DNA of 64,000 nt from Amphiscolops sp. MND2022. Taxonomy: Eukaryota. The stretch lies in the NCBI GenBank assembly GCA_964187785.1, contig OZ076420.1, forward strand, positions 32,302,001 to 32,366,000, given 5' to 3'. Below the pieces are notes generated by a model that ran no database searches, was not told the origin of the DNA, and worked only from the letters and a program-made list of their open reading frames with translations. This document shows, in pieces, positions 1 through 11,110 of this stretch (position 1 is the first letter of the stretch; each line of letters begins with the position of its first letter). The translations under genes were made by a program, and so were the position numbers.

Positions 1-1036
1 GCAACAGTTTGTAAAATGTGTCCAATTTGTTCCTGGTTGAGGGCGATGGTCGGGTGTCCCTGTGGAAATTAAATGATGGGGTTTTCTCAAAATAGGTCCG
101 GATTAGTTCTTGACTATTGATAGATAGTGGGGCAGGCCCCCCGGTGCGATGGATTGCTTCCTCAGGAGAAACATAGCTAGACTCACTTAGGGCAGGAGCA
201 CAGTTTTTGACTGGAGCGGCAATAGCGTCAGCTAATGTCGACCTCTTGGGCTGAACAGACTCAGGGTCACTAATGGCCGGGACTTCTGCTTCATTACATG
301 ACATGGGTATGTCCTCTCCTGACGTAGCCTGGGACTGAGAATCAATGGGGCTGGAGGTGGAGACTCCGCTGACAACAGGGTGCTCTCGTGCTGGGGCAAA
401 TATAAATTCCATCGTTAGAGCACTAATGTTGACCTTACTCTTAGGGTGCTTACTGCCTTGTCCCTGATCGCGTACGTTAGAGTGTAGGGGAGGAGTAGCG
501 AGAGAAATCTTCTCCAGTTCTTGTTAACGAATCTCGGCTATTGGACAGGCAGGAGGAGCTGTCGGGTTCAGTTCTATGGGTTCGCTGATGCTGACCTTAG
601 GTGGGGTTGACAGAACGTCAGACGCATCTTTCTTTCTCTGGGAGCACATAGCGGCAAATTTTCGAGAACAATAGGCACCCACACTTTCGTCAGAACCACT
701 ACTGGCAAACACGGAACCTCCTCGTTTATAAATTTTGGCTAAAAGGGATGTACTCTCGGCTTCACGCTTGATTTGAGCTACACCTAAACGCTCCGGTGTA
801 GTGACCTTTGGATCAGTCTGTTTCTGAGGGGTATATTCAGGCTCGGAAGAGGATATGGTAATCTCAATAACTTCAATCTCATCTTCAGTGCGGTCACTAG
901 ATTGTTCCTCGACGTCAGCATTTTGTTGGCTAGTATCCATCATCTCTTCGTTTGGCTGAGTTGGTTGGCCGTTTGAATTCTCTCCTAAACGGAAAGAAAT
1001 AAATGAGTGCGGTTGACTTCCTGCATAATAATCCAT
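1..1036 (-). pseudogene. Decayed acidic, low-complexity accessory ORF of a retroelement
   Basis: ORF 524-1036 continues in the same frame past one TAA (524-526): QELEKISLATPP...RTYFEKTPSFNF. Near position 60 it appears to shift frame to PQGHPTIALNQEQIGHILQTVA at the window edge. Confidence 0.55.
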
Positions 1037-1418
1037 CTTGCCGCAAATTTAAGAAACCTTCCAGAAGTAAGTTAGACACAGTGTTCACGTTTGTGACAGA
1101 ACATTTCATGATAGAGGAAGTGGCAAAGTTAGAATTTAGTCCTGATCAAGTTTGTTTCTAACAAAATTAAAAGAACCAACCTGATGTCTCATCCATATGG
1201 AAAGGCAGAATTGATGTGACTCAGTCCTTTACTAATATCCGCTGGGTATTGAAGAGTTGGACCAGTTACAGGATAGTTCACAGTAAGTCAAGTCCGCTCA
1301 AGTAGATTAGATCCTCAAAGATCCCAAAATAAGAAATTCACTCGATGGGAAATAACAGTTTAACTGCCAAATTGCCTGGGAAATAGTGGGTGGCCTTACT
1401 CGGAAAGCTGGTAATAGA

Positions 1419-1720
1419 CCCAAGGCCAGAGAGACTGCAAGAGAATACCGAAATAATCTATTGCAACTCAAGTGATGCTACTTGAGGTTGATTACTCAGC
1501 AATTGAAAAGATAAGAAATTTAAATGCAGGAATGATTTGAGGAAAGGAAAGTTCAAACTGATTGCGATGAGACCCGCTACTTTGGAGCCCAAGGTCAGAG
1601 AGACTGCACTAAATTACAAAGGTAAGTCAGTACAGCTCAAGTGACACTACTTGAATATCAAGTAACAAGGAGAATGCAATTGAATTGAAAGATTACAACT
1701 AGAATAATGAACGAAATTTT
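1419..1720. repeat. Degenerate tandem duplication, period 169 bp
   Basis: cccaagg(c/t)cagagagactgca...ctcaagtga..ctacttga...aattgaaa occurs at 1419 and again at 1588. Confidence 0.7.
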
Positions 1721-2797
1721 ACTGGCTGAATCAAATGAAAGATGTCAACTGACACTCTTTGTCGCACCAGTTACTAAGGCTATCCAATTCTTATATTTAC
1801 TTAACCAGAACGCTTCAATATACTAACACGCTGTACCATCCAAGTGACGTCACGAATACATTTAGACTGAAAGTACACTAGACAGCACTCCTTTACCAGC
1901 ATAGTAGTACATGACTAATTAGACGCAAGGTCCACTTAACTGCAAACAAATACCTCCATACTACTATTCACACTTCACAAGGAGTAATCGATTACAATTA
2001 TGACGTCATCATCACCTTCTTACCTGAAGTCGTGTTAATGGCATTATGATACTCCTCAGTACTCACCACTAGCAATTATGGAACCATCTCCATCCCTTCT
2101 CTGATTTTATCCAATATGCACAATTCGTTGTTACTAATTCCTAACATCAAAGAGTCGTGGCTACATGTAAACTTGCTCAATGTTATCATATATCTAGACC
2201 AACGTGACAATAAGTCCCGTATCTGCCAGCGGTGTACTTATTGAAAGTTAACATTTTGAAAGATTGACAAATCTTCATTCGGTTAATCGCTCCGTGCCAT
2301 CTCATTCCATAGAATTACGAATCATTTCATAAAATTTAGTCAATTTTCTTTACTCTGTGATTTTTCTTGAATTCACCCATTATTATCATCCACTCATTCA
2401 GAAAGCTAATTGGTCAGACCAGCTATTGCAGTCGGCCTGACCAAAGGTCTTTGATGCCAATTGTTTACAAAGAGTTAACACTAACACCTCTTAAAGCGTC
2501 AATGAGATGTCTTTTAAAGGGAGAGTAAACTCAACTCAAGAGGCAATTATTAAACTCTTACAGACCGTAAACTCTAGATTGTTGATGACCATTCACCCAA
2601 ATTGAAACCTATAAGGAAACAGTTGGGGAAGATGTGGGTAAATTTCCCGCTCAACCATTCCCGCGAAAACGGGAGTAGACCTAAAGTCAGTTTGACTTCA
2701 CCCCATCATTCTTACCCTAAACTTCTCTCTGAATCGGTCGCAAAGAAACTCAAATCAAAATTGCTAAAAGCTTCTCATTCAACGTTTCTACAAGGAA

Positions 2798-3622
2798 ATG
2801 TTTCTACAATTTTCATTGGAGGAGCAAGATAGGCCTCTAGTTAGTCTTTCGTACCAGTCATCCGATGAAGAAATGGAAGTAGACTCAGTGTCAGTTGCAG
2901 ATGGACCTGACGGTGAAGATTCTGACGACGATATACAAGTTCTCGCTTGTTATCGTGAAAATATACCCTTCCCTCCACAACTCATCGCAGGTCCGGCTAT
3001 GACGACAGAGTTAACACATTGCTTAAACGACCTGAACATACCAGATGACGATCTAATTGGATCAGCAAGCACTTTTACAGATCCGTCTCAAGACTTGCTC
3101 GATTGGTGCGTGGGTGGCCCCCCAAGAACTTCTTGTGGCTCAAATGCAAATGACCACCCAATAACGTACTGTGGCCAGCTAAACCCAATACGGGACTCCC
3201 CATGGTCACCTCCGCTAGAAGACCAAGGTCCCTCAATTGACACCCACCAGTCTATGCAACCACATGGTTCAGCAAACTCATGGTATGGCAATTCACACAT
3301 CACAGGCCTAGGGATTAGCGTCAGTGGAAGCTGTGGCCAACCGAATGAGACAATCCAATCTGGTTGCGTGATTTGGGGGAAATCATCAGCGGACATTAAA
3401 GAAGAAATAACACTGGGGTACCTTGAACAGACACACATTCCCGGAGAAACTTATGAGCAGCGGATTGCTAGACGTGATGCATTCCAGGCAGGCATGAAAG
3501 CAGGGACTTTCATACTTGTACCGGGGGGACTGTCGCAAGCTGCCGCTTGTGACGGCATTCTATACAAAATGATGCCAGAAGGTAATGAGACACTACCAGC
3601 ACCCGGAGTACTACCTATCTAG
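2798..3622 (+). CDS. Retroelement accessory ORF (274 aa, acidic N-terminus), function unknown
   Basis: Intact ORF ending 55 nt before the LTR start at 3678; no recognisable domain; acidic stretch SSDEEMEVD...DSDDDIQVL. Confidence 0.5.
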   Translation: MFLQFSLEEQDRPLVSLSYQSSDEEMEVDSVSVADGPDGEDSDDDIQVLACYRENIPFPPQLIAGPAMTTELTHCLNDLNIPDDDLIGSASTFTDPSQDLLDWCVGGPPRTSCGSNANDHPITYCGQLNPIRDSPWSPPLEDQGPSIDTHQSMQPHGSANSWYGNSHITGLGISVSGSCGQPNETIQSGCVIWGKSSADIKEEITLGYLEQTHIPGETYEQRIARRDAFQAGMKAGTFILVPGGLSQAAACDGILYKMMPEGNETLPAPGVLPI

Positions 3623-3677
3623 TACTCTGAAACGAACTTTAGCATTCATTCTGATAGTTTAATATTTGTTTCATACA

Positions 3678-5063
3678 TGTAACGACCGGATTATTATCGC
3701 TAAACATGAAATTTCGATGTTACTATTTCGACCTAAGGTCAAACTGACAGCATTCAAACAGTGCATTTATTCAATTGCTATTATTGAATTGTTATTATTT
3801 GGAATTTCTCATTGATGAAATTACTCGCAATTAATCTGAACCTAAAGTATATTACTTAGTTAACGATGCAATCCTTATCAAATTAACTCAAGTGCTGTTA
3901 AACGGTGTAAAACACTTTTCTGAGTATTTAATTAACTAGTACTCTACTGCTGTCAAATTGGCGTGTGGTCACAAGTACCTGTTGACCAATCAGAGTGAAG
4001 TACCAGTCTATCATTGCAGTCATGCTGGCGCATGGTCAAATTTGGAATTTCATTGAGTATTGATGTTACCAATGCATGAAAGGTTGTTTTCAACCTGAAT
4101 TTGAATACATGTAAAGATACCCACTGTTTGTTTGATGCTAGTTATATCTCCTCATTTGTGTGACGTAATGTCAAAACCTTCAGTCTATTTTTAGAACCAG
4201 TGACCTAATAACGGAACCGGGGCTGTTTTTAGAATGATATCACCCTAAATTTAGTTCCTGACACGCAAAAAATTGCATGTCATGCAGTATAAACTATATA
4301 TACGCGGAATTTGTAATAGAGAGGATTCATTCATTGATTCAGAACGCTATGATACAAAACTGTTCAATTTGTTACTGTTAACTTATTCACTGTTGAAATC
4401 AAATCCATTTCTTGAAAATGCCTTCAACTAGAAAGCAGAAATCAAAAGAGAAACGCTCTAGACAGTCCGACGTAATGTCTGATATAGAAAATCTAGATGT
4501 AATGCTAGGAAGTTATCAGAGAGAAAATAATGAATTTCGGAGTGAGAATAACGAAAATACATTAGACCAAAGGTCAAATGAACGGGAAGGCCAGGATCAA
4601 AATGTAGATGACTATCAAACCTTCTTGAATAACAATCCAAACGAAAATAGTTGTTTGACTATTGAAACTAGTAGAGCTATTAGCTCTGAAATTTCATCAC
4701 AGATGTCGAGGAAATTTCAAGAAATGCAAACTAGCCTAAAATCTTAGATATTGGACGTTATAAACACTGCAATTGACACTAGGGTGCTGCCTAGCATCAA
4801 AAATGCTGTTAGGAGACAGAATTCAGCGAAAAATATAAATTTGGACCTTCGGTCAGACGGACTGCATCAAGACACTGCAGCCCCAGAAAATTCTCAGAAG
4901 GACCTTCGGTCAAATAGACTGCATTTAGAAAATATCAATAAATCAAACCAGGATGCTCAGAATGTGTTTCCGAGGTTAATATCGATCAAAAGTAACCAAA
5001 CAAACCATCGTAGAGAGAATTCAGTTGATTCTCAAGAAAGCGATGATGAGTACGGTTACGACA
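3678..5063 (+). mobile_element. Long LTR (1386 bp) containing an MPSTRKQK-type ORF
   Basis: Starts TGTAACGACC, ends GGTTACGACA. ORF from ATG 4418 (one in-frame TAG at 4745) runs to the LTR end. Shares non-coding motifs (gacctaaggtc, cagtgca, ccaatcagagtg) with the LTR at 58165-59634. Confidence 0.75.
3971..4000 (+). promoter_or_regulatory. CCAAT-containing motif conserved among diverged long LTRs
   Basis: acaagtacctgttgaccaatcagagtgaag; related motifs on the minus strand at 17001-17015 (gtactgttaaccaat) and 59341-59375 (acaagtattttgcaccaatcagagtgcag). Function is inferred. Confidence 0.4.
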
Positions 5064-5798
5064 GTATCTGTATTGCTTTGTTTTCGAGACCATTTCAATG
5101 AAAAATTTCATTGAAATATTCTCTAGATCATGATTGAATTAAGTAATGCAAAAGTGCACAAAACTCCAAGAGCCATGAATTTCCATCAAAATTTGTTTAT
5201 CCAGCTAAAAATCAAGAAATTTTTCATTAACAACTAGGTGTTCGCAAACTTTTGATACCTTTTTGTATAAGCATGCAATGTAACGAAAAGCAAAATAGAC
5301 TAGAAATTTCGAACTGGTCGAGAAGTTTCACAAGATATACATTGATGCACGGGACAGGTCCTAACTACCGTAAAACGTTTTTTTTCTCTGAAATGGCTCA
5401 ATTTTGGGAGTCGCTTTTTATAATTGTTAAGATCTCGTCGTTATCTATTGAAAACAATGTTCATGGAAAGTAATCTCTTTCAACTGTACTATATCAAAGT
5501 ATAATTTTTGACTGAGTATCTAAATGTAACAACATAAATAAGACAGAAATCAGTTAGAGTTTGTTTGTAAATATAATCAAGCAACTCTCTGTCTATGGTA
5601 GTTTAGTCTGTGCGAAATGGTTTGACCACTACATTCCACATTCCCCCTCCTCCGGGTGGATCCGGTTAAGCGCGATTGTTTTGGTTGGTAGTTCCAAAAT
5701 AATCGGTTAAAGGTTTGGTTTTCCAACGTTGTCCGTATCTCACGGTTGATCGTCCGTATTTCACGGTTGGTTCCTTCTTCACAGTGTGATTGGTACGG

Positions 5799-8700
5799 TT
5801 AGCTGGTTTGGCTTTCCTGTAAAATACAAATTTTATTTGTTTTCTTTTTAATATTTGTATAGTATGGGATACCGCCTAATTTTTCGGTTTGTTTTGCATT
5901 GGGTATTCCTTTCAACTTTCCCACCGTTTGGTAGGGTTCATCATACAGTAAATTCGTTTTTATACCTGATTCAGGAGTTAAGTTTGTCTCCTTTGGAAGT
6001 AGCTGTAGTTCGTCCTCCACATTGGTGTGGACGGGCTTTCCTTCACTGGTATTGAAGCATTGGAAATCGTCACCATCGGACACCATGCTTAAGTCGAGGT
6101 CCATTGGTTTTCCTGCCGACTTGTCAGGGCTTGTAAATTGGCCTCTTTCATTTCTTCGTTGGTCCTTTCTCTTGGGCCAATCAGCACTGCTCTCCGTGTT
6201 CTCCGGTCGTGGTTTCTCTTTTCTGCGGTATATGCAGGTTGTTTTCGCAGTTTTTGAGCAGGTTGGCTTGTCGGCTGTTGTTGTCAATCTAGTGCTGATT
6301 CTTTTCGTTGGTGTTGCTGAAAGGGTAACGGGTTAGATATTAATTTCTTGTTTTGGGGTTTGTTATTGTCAATAGTTACGGTGTGTTTGGTCCCCGAAAT
6401 TGCAATACGCGGTTTTTTATTAAATTTGCTTCCAAGCGAGCTTTTTGTATGTGCTTTTTTGAAAAAAGTAAACGGATAATATGTATTTTTACCGGTATTT
6501 ACCGTATTTGACAGTTTTGTTTTTGGATAAAAGTCATTCCTCTCCAATATTTCGGGTCGTTGATTTTCTTCTTCGACATCGCCAGATGTTCTGTTATTTC
6601 GCCGGCAGAGTTGCGGATAATTTAGACTGATAAGTCCTTGGAATCAACTGAAATAGCATTTTTTCGGTTAGATAGTTTTGTTCCAGGTTCTCGTCCAAAA
6701 TGCAGTTCAAAAGGGGTTTTCTTTGTTTCTGAATGTATAGTAAAACGGAGGACATATAGTGCTTTGTAAAAGCTTTCTCATAGGTTTTGTGTTTTTTTTC
6801 TAATTTTGTCTTTATCAGATTCTTCAGTGATTTTTTGGATCTTTCAACCAATCCTCTACCAGTGTGCAGGTTTGGTGTGCCGTTTTGACGGATTATAATG
6901 TATTCTTTGCAAAAGCTTTTATATTTTTTTTGAGATAAAAGCGCTGCCGTTGTCCGATTCGATTGTTTTCGGTACTCCGCATAGGTTTATGTATTCCCGT
7001 AGGAATGTTATACCAGTGTCGTGGTTTGTATGTTTAAAGATATTTGCTACCGGCTAGCGGCTATTTTTGTCTACGGCTACTAGTATAAAAGGGGAGGAAT
7101 CTAAGTGTTTACTGTTTAGATTTCCCGTGAAAACGACTTCGATTTCCTCTCCTTGTCATTTTGGCGGTTCAAGTTTTGATTTTTTAGTGATAAGTAGTTG
7201 GGTTTTCAAATTCTTACCGGCATTTAGGCATGCGGAACAGGTTTTTGCTTTCTTCCCTCTGTATTCTCGCATGTTTGGCCTCCAGAAGATAACTGCGTCA
7301 TTCCCCTTCTTGTTTATTCCTGGGTGGCCGAAATGTAACGCGTTGAGTGCGGCGTATCGCAGGCTTCTTGGAACGATGATTCGAACCCTCGTTATTCCTC
7401 AGCGGTGAGTCAGCTTCTGCGCTACTTGCTTGTAGTCTTTTGGGATAGCCTGGATGTTATCGTCTTCGATGCAGCACTGTACTTCGTTTAAGTCTGGGTC
7501 AGCTGCTGTTTCTGTGATCAGCGTTTCCAAGTCGGGCATAAAATCAAGTTCCGCGGATCTGATGTTATCTTCTTGTTGGCGGTTTCTTGGTGCCTTTGTT
7601 TCGATGATTTTGTTTGTTCGCACATAAGGAACAGCTATTTCCTCGATCGGGACGTCACAGTATTCTTGAACGGAGATTGCTGGATATGTTCCCGGTTCTT
7701 CTGTTTTTGCCGGTTCTTCTGGTGATGAAGAGATCGTAGATTCGGTATCTGGTGCGGCTTCCTGAATGCTGATGGTTTCTAGATTTGTTTCGGCTGATGT
7801 GCCGGGTGTTTGTGGGATTTCGTCCCCAAAGTTTTCAAAGTAACCGCCTCCGATATCTGTGACGTGGTTTTCCTTTTTTCTTCGTAGGCGGATGTCGATT
7901 CGTTTTATTTCTTTCCTGTCGACGTCATCTGGTCTTCTTGGGACGAGTATTTCTCTCTTGAGTTTTTTGTGCCATTGGTGTTGCATGTGACCCGGTCTCG
8001 TCGGTTCAATTCTTCTTTCGATTAATTCTCTGGTCTCCGGTGAATTATCTCTTCTGTTGATTTTTTTCATAATCTCATCATCGGCTCCCCAATGGTATTT
8101 CAATCTGCCGTCTGGTGTGAATCGGTCATTTGCCGGTTGTTGTTGTTGTCCATCGTTTCTAGATGAGTGTAGATTTTGTGATAACTGTATGTAGTGTTGT
8201 TAATCTGATTAGCGGTCAGTTTCAAATTGGAATGGTTGATGTTTGTTTTGCGGCGGCGCGTACCAGTTTGCGTGTGCGTATCATGCATGCTTGTCGTATT
8301 GATGTTTTCTGATTGGTCGAAAATCCGTCCTATTCTGCAGTTTACCGTAGCAAGTTGCGCGATGGCGCTGATAACAAATTCTTTTTCATAAATTTCTTCC
8401 GGTTCAGCAATTTCTGTTGGATTTCGGCTAATGAAATTGGTAAAATTGATATCTTTACCGGCGGTATATTTGAGTGTTTTGTCAAAATGGTTTAATCTGT
8501 CTAGCCGTATTAGTCGGCCACTGTACTGTTTGTTTGTTTTGTTTCTCTTCAATAGTGGTTCCAGAGTTTGGTGGTCCGAGAACGATTGGACTTGTTTTCC
8601 ATATAACTGAAATCTAAACCGTTCAACGCCCCAGACTAGAGCTAATAGTCTAGTTCGCCGACAGAATTTTTTTCTGCGTCGTTCAGGTAGCGGCTTGCAT

Positions 8701-10119
8701 ATGCGATTGCTTTCAATTAGCCGTTGTGTTGTCGTTGCCATAGCGCTGTTCCTAAACCGGTATTACACGCGTCGGTTGTAACGATATTTTGTTTGTTGCC
8801 GTTGTAGTGCGCTAGACACGGTTGTGTTGTCAATTCTTTTTTCAGGTTGTTGAATTCTGCATTTCGTTCCTCTGTCTATTCCCATTTCATTCCTTTTTTC
8901 AGTAATTATCTCATTTTGTCCGTCTTTTCGGATAGGTTCGATATGAGTTATGCAAAATTTTGTATTGCTCCAAGAAATGATTTCAGTGTTCTTGTATTTG
9001 TCAGTGGGTTCAGTTCGTTGACTGCGTCTGTTTTTTCTTTAATTGGCCTGATTCCAACTTGTGGAATGATGTGTCCCATCCATACCGTTTCCTTCTGGTA
9101 AAATTCCGACTTCTTTTTACTGGTTTTGTAGCCTTCGTTCTCCAGTTTTGTTAGGACTGATTCCAGTTTTGGTGTGTGTTGTTCCTTTGTTCCGCGTGTC
9201 ACAAAAATTATGCCATCCAGCCATACTGGTATTTGGTGGCCGAGTGTTCGATCTATTTTCTCTTGAAAGATAGTAGGTATGTCAGCTGGTCCGTAAGTTC
9301 CTTTAATGAATCGGTTGTATCCGTTGATTTTCTCTCCCGTAATAGCAAAATTACAGTGTTTACTTGTTTCCGGTGATAATTTCATTTGTCCGTAAGCATA
9401 GTCTAAGTCTATGACTGATGTCCAGATTAGATTGGGTCTAGCTCATTCTTTGATAGCTCGGAGGAGATTTGGTTTAATGATTCGTCCATATTTGGCATGT
9501 GTGGCCTTTTTTTGATGCAGCTATCATTTAGTTTTCGGCGTCAAGTGCAATTTTGACCGTTTTGTCTTTTTTTACCGTAATTACGACGGGGGATACGAAA
9601 CAGTCTTCTTCGATTGTTTATAGTCTTTCCAAATGTCCGGATTTTTTAGTCGGTCTAGTTCGTTTTTTACATCGTCTTGTAGGTGGTATGGTATTGGTCA
9701 TGCTTTTTTTGTTGTATTGGGTAGCACCCCGGCTTTATTTGTATTTTCACTTCGGTATTCTTGATGGTGTGTTTTGTTCCGAATAGTTTCTTGAATTTCG
9801 TATGTATCGTTGTTGCTGATTGGCCGGTTTTGTTGTCCAATGAGATTTTGTTGATAGTGTTCGGCAGTTGTTTTAACCAGTTTACTCCTAATAAAGGTGT
9901 AACGTCGGTCTTTTTTGTAATTAGGAGTGGTAATTTGGTTTGTTTACTGTTGTATTCGATATTTACCCATAGTTTTCCCAGGAATTTGATTTCATTTTTA
10001 ATTACATCTTGATTTCTTTCCTTCAGTGGTTGGATGTCTTCTGGGTTGTAAAATGTGGTGTTGTTTGGCATGATAGTAACCGGAGAACCGGTGTCAATGA
10101 TAATTTTTGATTTTTCCAT
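5799..10119 (-). pseudogene. pol: pol (protease, RT, RNase H, integrase), many frameshifts and stops
   Basis: PR IIIDTGS (9667-10119). RT with WLDG in place of the xxDD motif (8948-9385). RH LLALVWGVERFR..SDHQTL (8100-8741). IN LHFGHP..CSACL, AVDKNSR, IESDNGSA, GLVERS (about 6600-7400). Confidence 0.9.
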
Positions 10120-10249
10120 TTATTTTCATTTCAACACCGTAGTGGTCAATGTTGTCCGGTATTATTCTGTTATTCTGTGTGATCTGGAGTATTCCTTCGG
10201 GATCGCTTTCTTCACTGTCTTCTTCGGAGGTCATATCTTCCAGATAGTT

Positions 10250-11110
10250 GATTCTTTTTGTTTTGTTTGGTTTTGTGCGGCATACCCGTGCAAAATGCCC
10301 TATTTTCTGGCAGTTGTTGCATTTTACCGTTCTGGCCGGGCAGTTGTGTTGGGGTGTCCAGTTTTGCTGTCCGCAGAATCCGCAGTTGTTTTTCTTCTGT
10401 TTTTGTTCTTCTCGGTATTGTTTTGTTTGAATTTTCGTGATGGGTTCTTGTTTTATCTCTTTGTCTTTCGCCAGTGCGGGTGGTATGGTAGATTGTTTGT
10501 GTCGACGGTCGAAGCTGTCTTGTGTGATAAGTTCTACGGTGATTTTCAGGTTTAGGGTTTCTTCGCGAAATAGTTTTTCCCGGAGTTTTTTGTCGGATAC
10601 GATTGTAATTAATTTCGATATGAGTAGATCTTCTTGTTTGATGTCTTTAAATTCGCATGCCTTTTCTAGTCTTATTTTTTTCCAATGTTCTTCGGGCGTT
10701 TCATTTTCTCATTGTTTGGGCCAGAAGAAATCTCCACAGCGGTGGTAAGTGTTTCTCATTGGCATGTAATATTCTCGTTGTATCAACTTGTCGGTTTGGA
10801 TTGTGTCGGGGTCCGTGTTGAATTGTCTTTTTGTGATAATTTCAAATGCCGACGGACCGGCGCCCCAAATGAAGTCTTGTCTGATTTCTGGTTCTTCTGT
10901 ATCCCATGGGTCGCTGGTAGGTACCGTATCATCCGTTAATATCGGTTTGATGTCTATGTTGTGGATTCTTTTTATGTAGTGCCGAATTCTTCTGGTCCAT
11001 TCTTTATGTGTGTATATCTTCTTTCCGTCAAGTCCGGTATCTTCTAGGTATGGTAGTTGTATCTTTGTTGCCACGGTCATTTTGTAATAATCATAGGTTG
11101 ATAAAAATGT
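10250..11110 (-). pseudogene. gag: gag (frameshifted) with a decayed CCHC zinc knuckle
   Basis: ORF 10709-11203 (MTVATKIQLPYLEDTG...DFIWGAGPSAFEII) follows the PBS; a frameshifted Cys/His knuckle lies near 10280-10350. Confidence 0.75.

Larger units (their letters stand above)
1..5063 (+). mobile_element. 3' part of a long-LTR Ty3/gypsy-type element (accessory ORF cassette plus 3' LTR); continues left of the window
   Basis: Ends in a TG..CA LTR (3678-5063) with no PBS after it and no matching TSD on its left, as expected of a 3' LTR. Upstream lie a sense ORF (2798-3622) and a divergent antisense ORF (1036 to <1), the same layout as in the TSD-bounded element 25586-36057. Family assignment is inference; gag/pol are not in the window. 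Confidence 0.5.

Noticed and set aside
1755-1775. TGGTGCGAC on the minus strand as a PBS, making 1770-3677 a 5' LTR of a minus-strand element
   Set aside because: No CA directly precedes it, there is no second LTR copy in the window, and the downstream ORF has no gag motifs. The 3'-cassette reading fits two other elements better. Not fully excluded.
2219-2225. GTATC-TG matching the GTATC after the LTR end at 5063, suggesting a 2.8-kb solo LTR
   Set aside because: Similarity to the 58-59 kb LTR places the start near 3678, and a 7-mer match within 2 kb can occur by chance.
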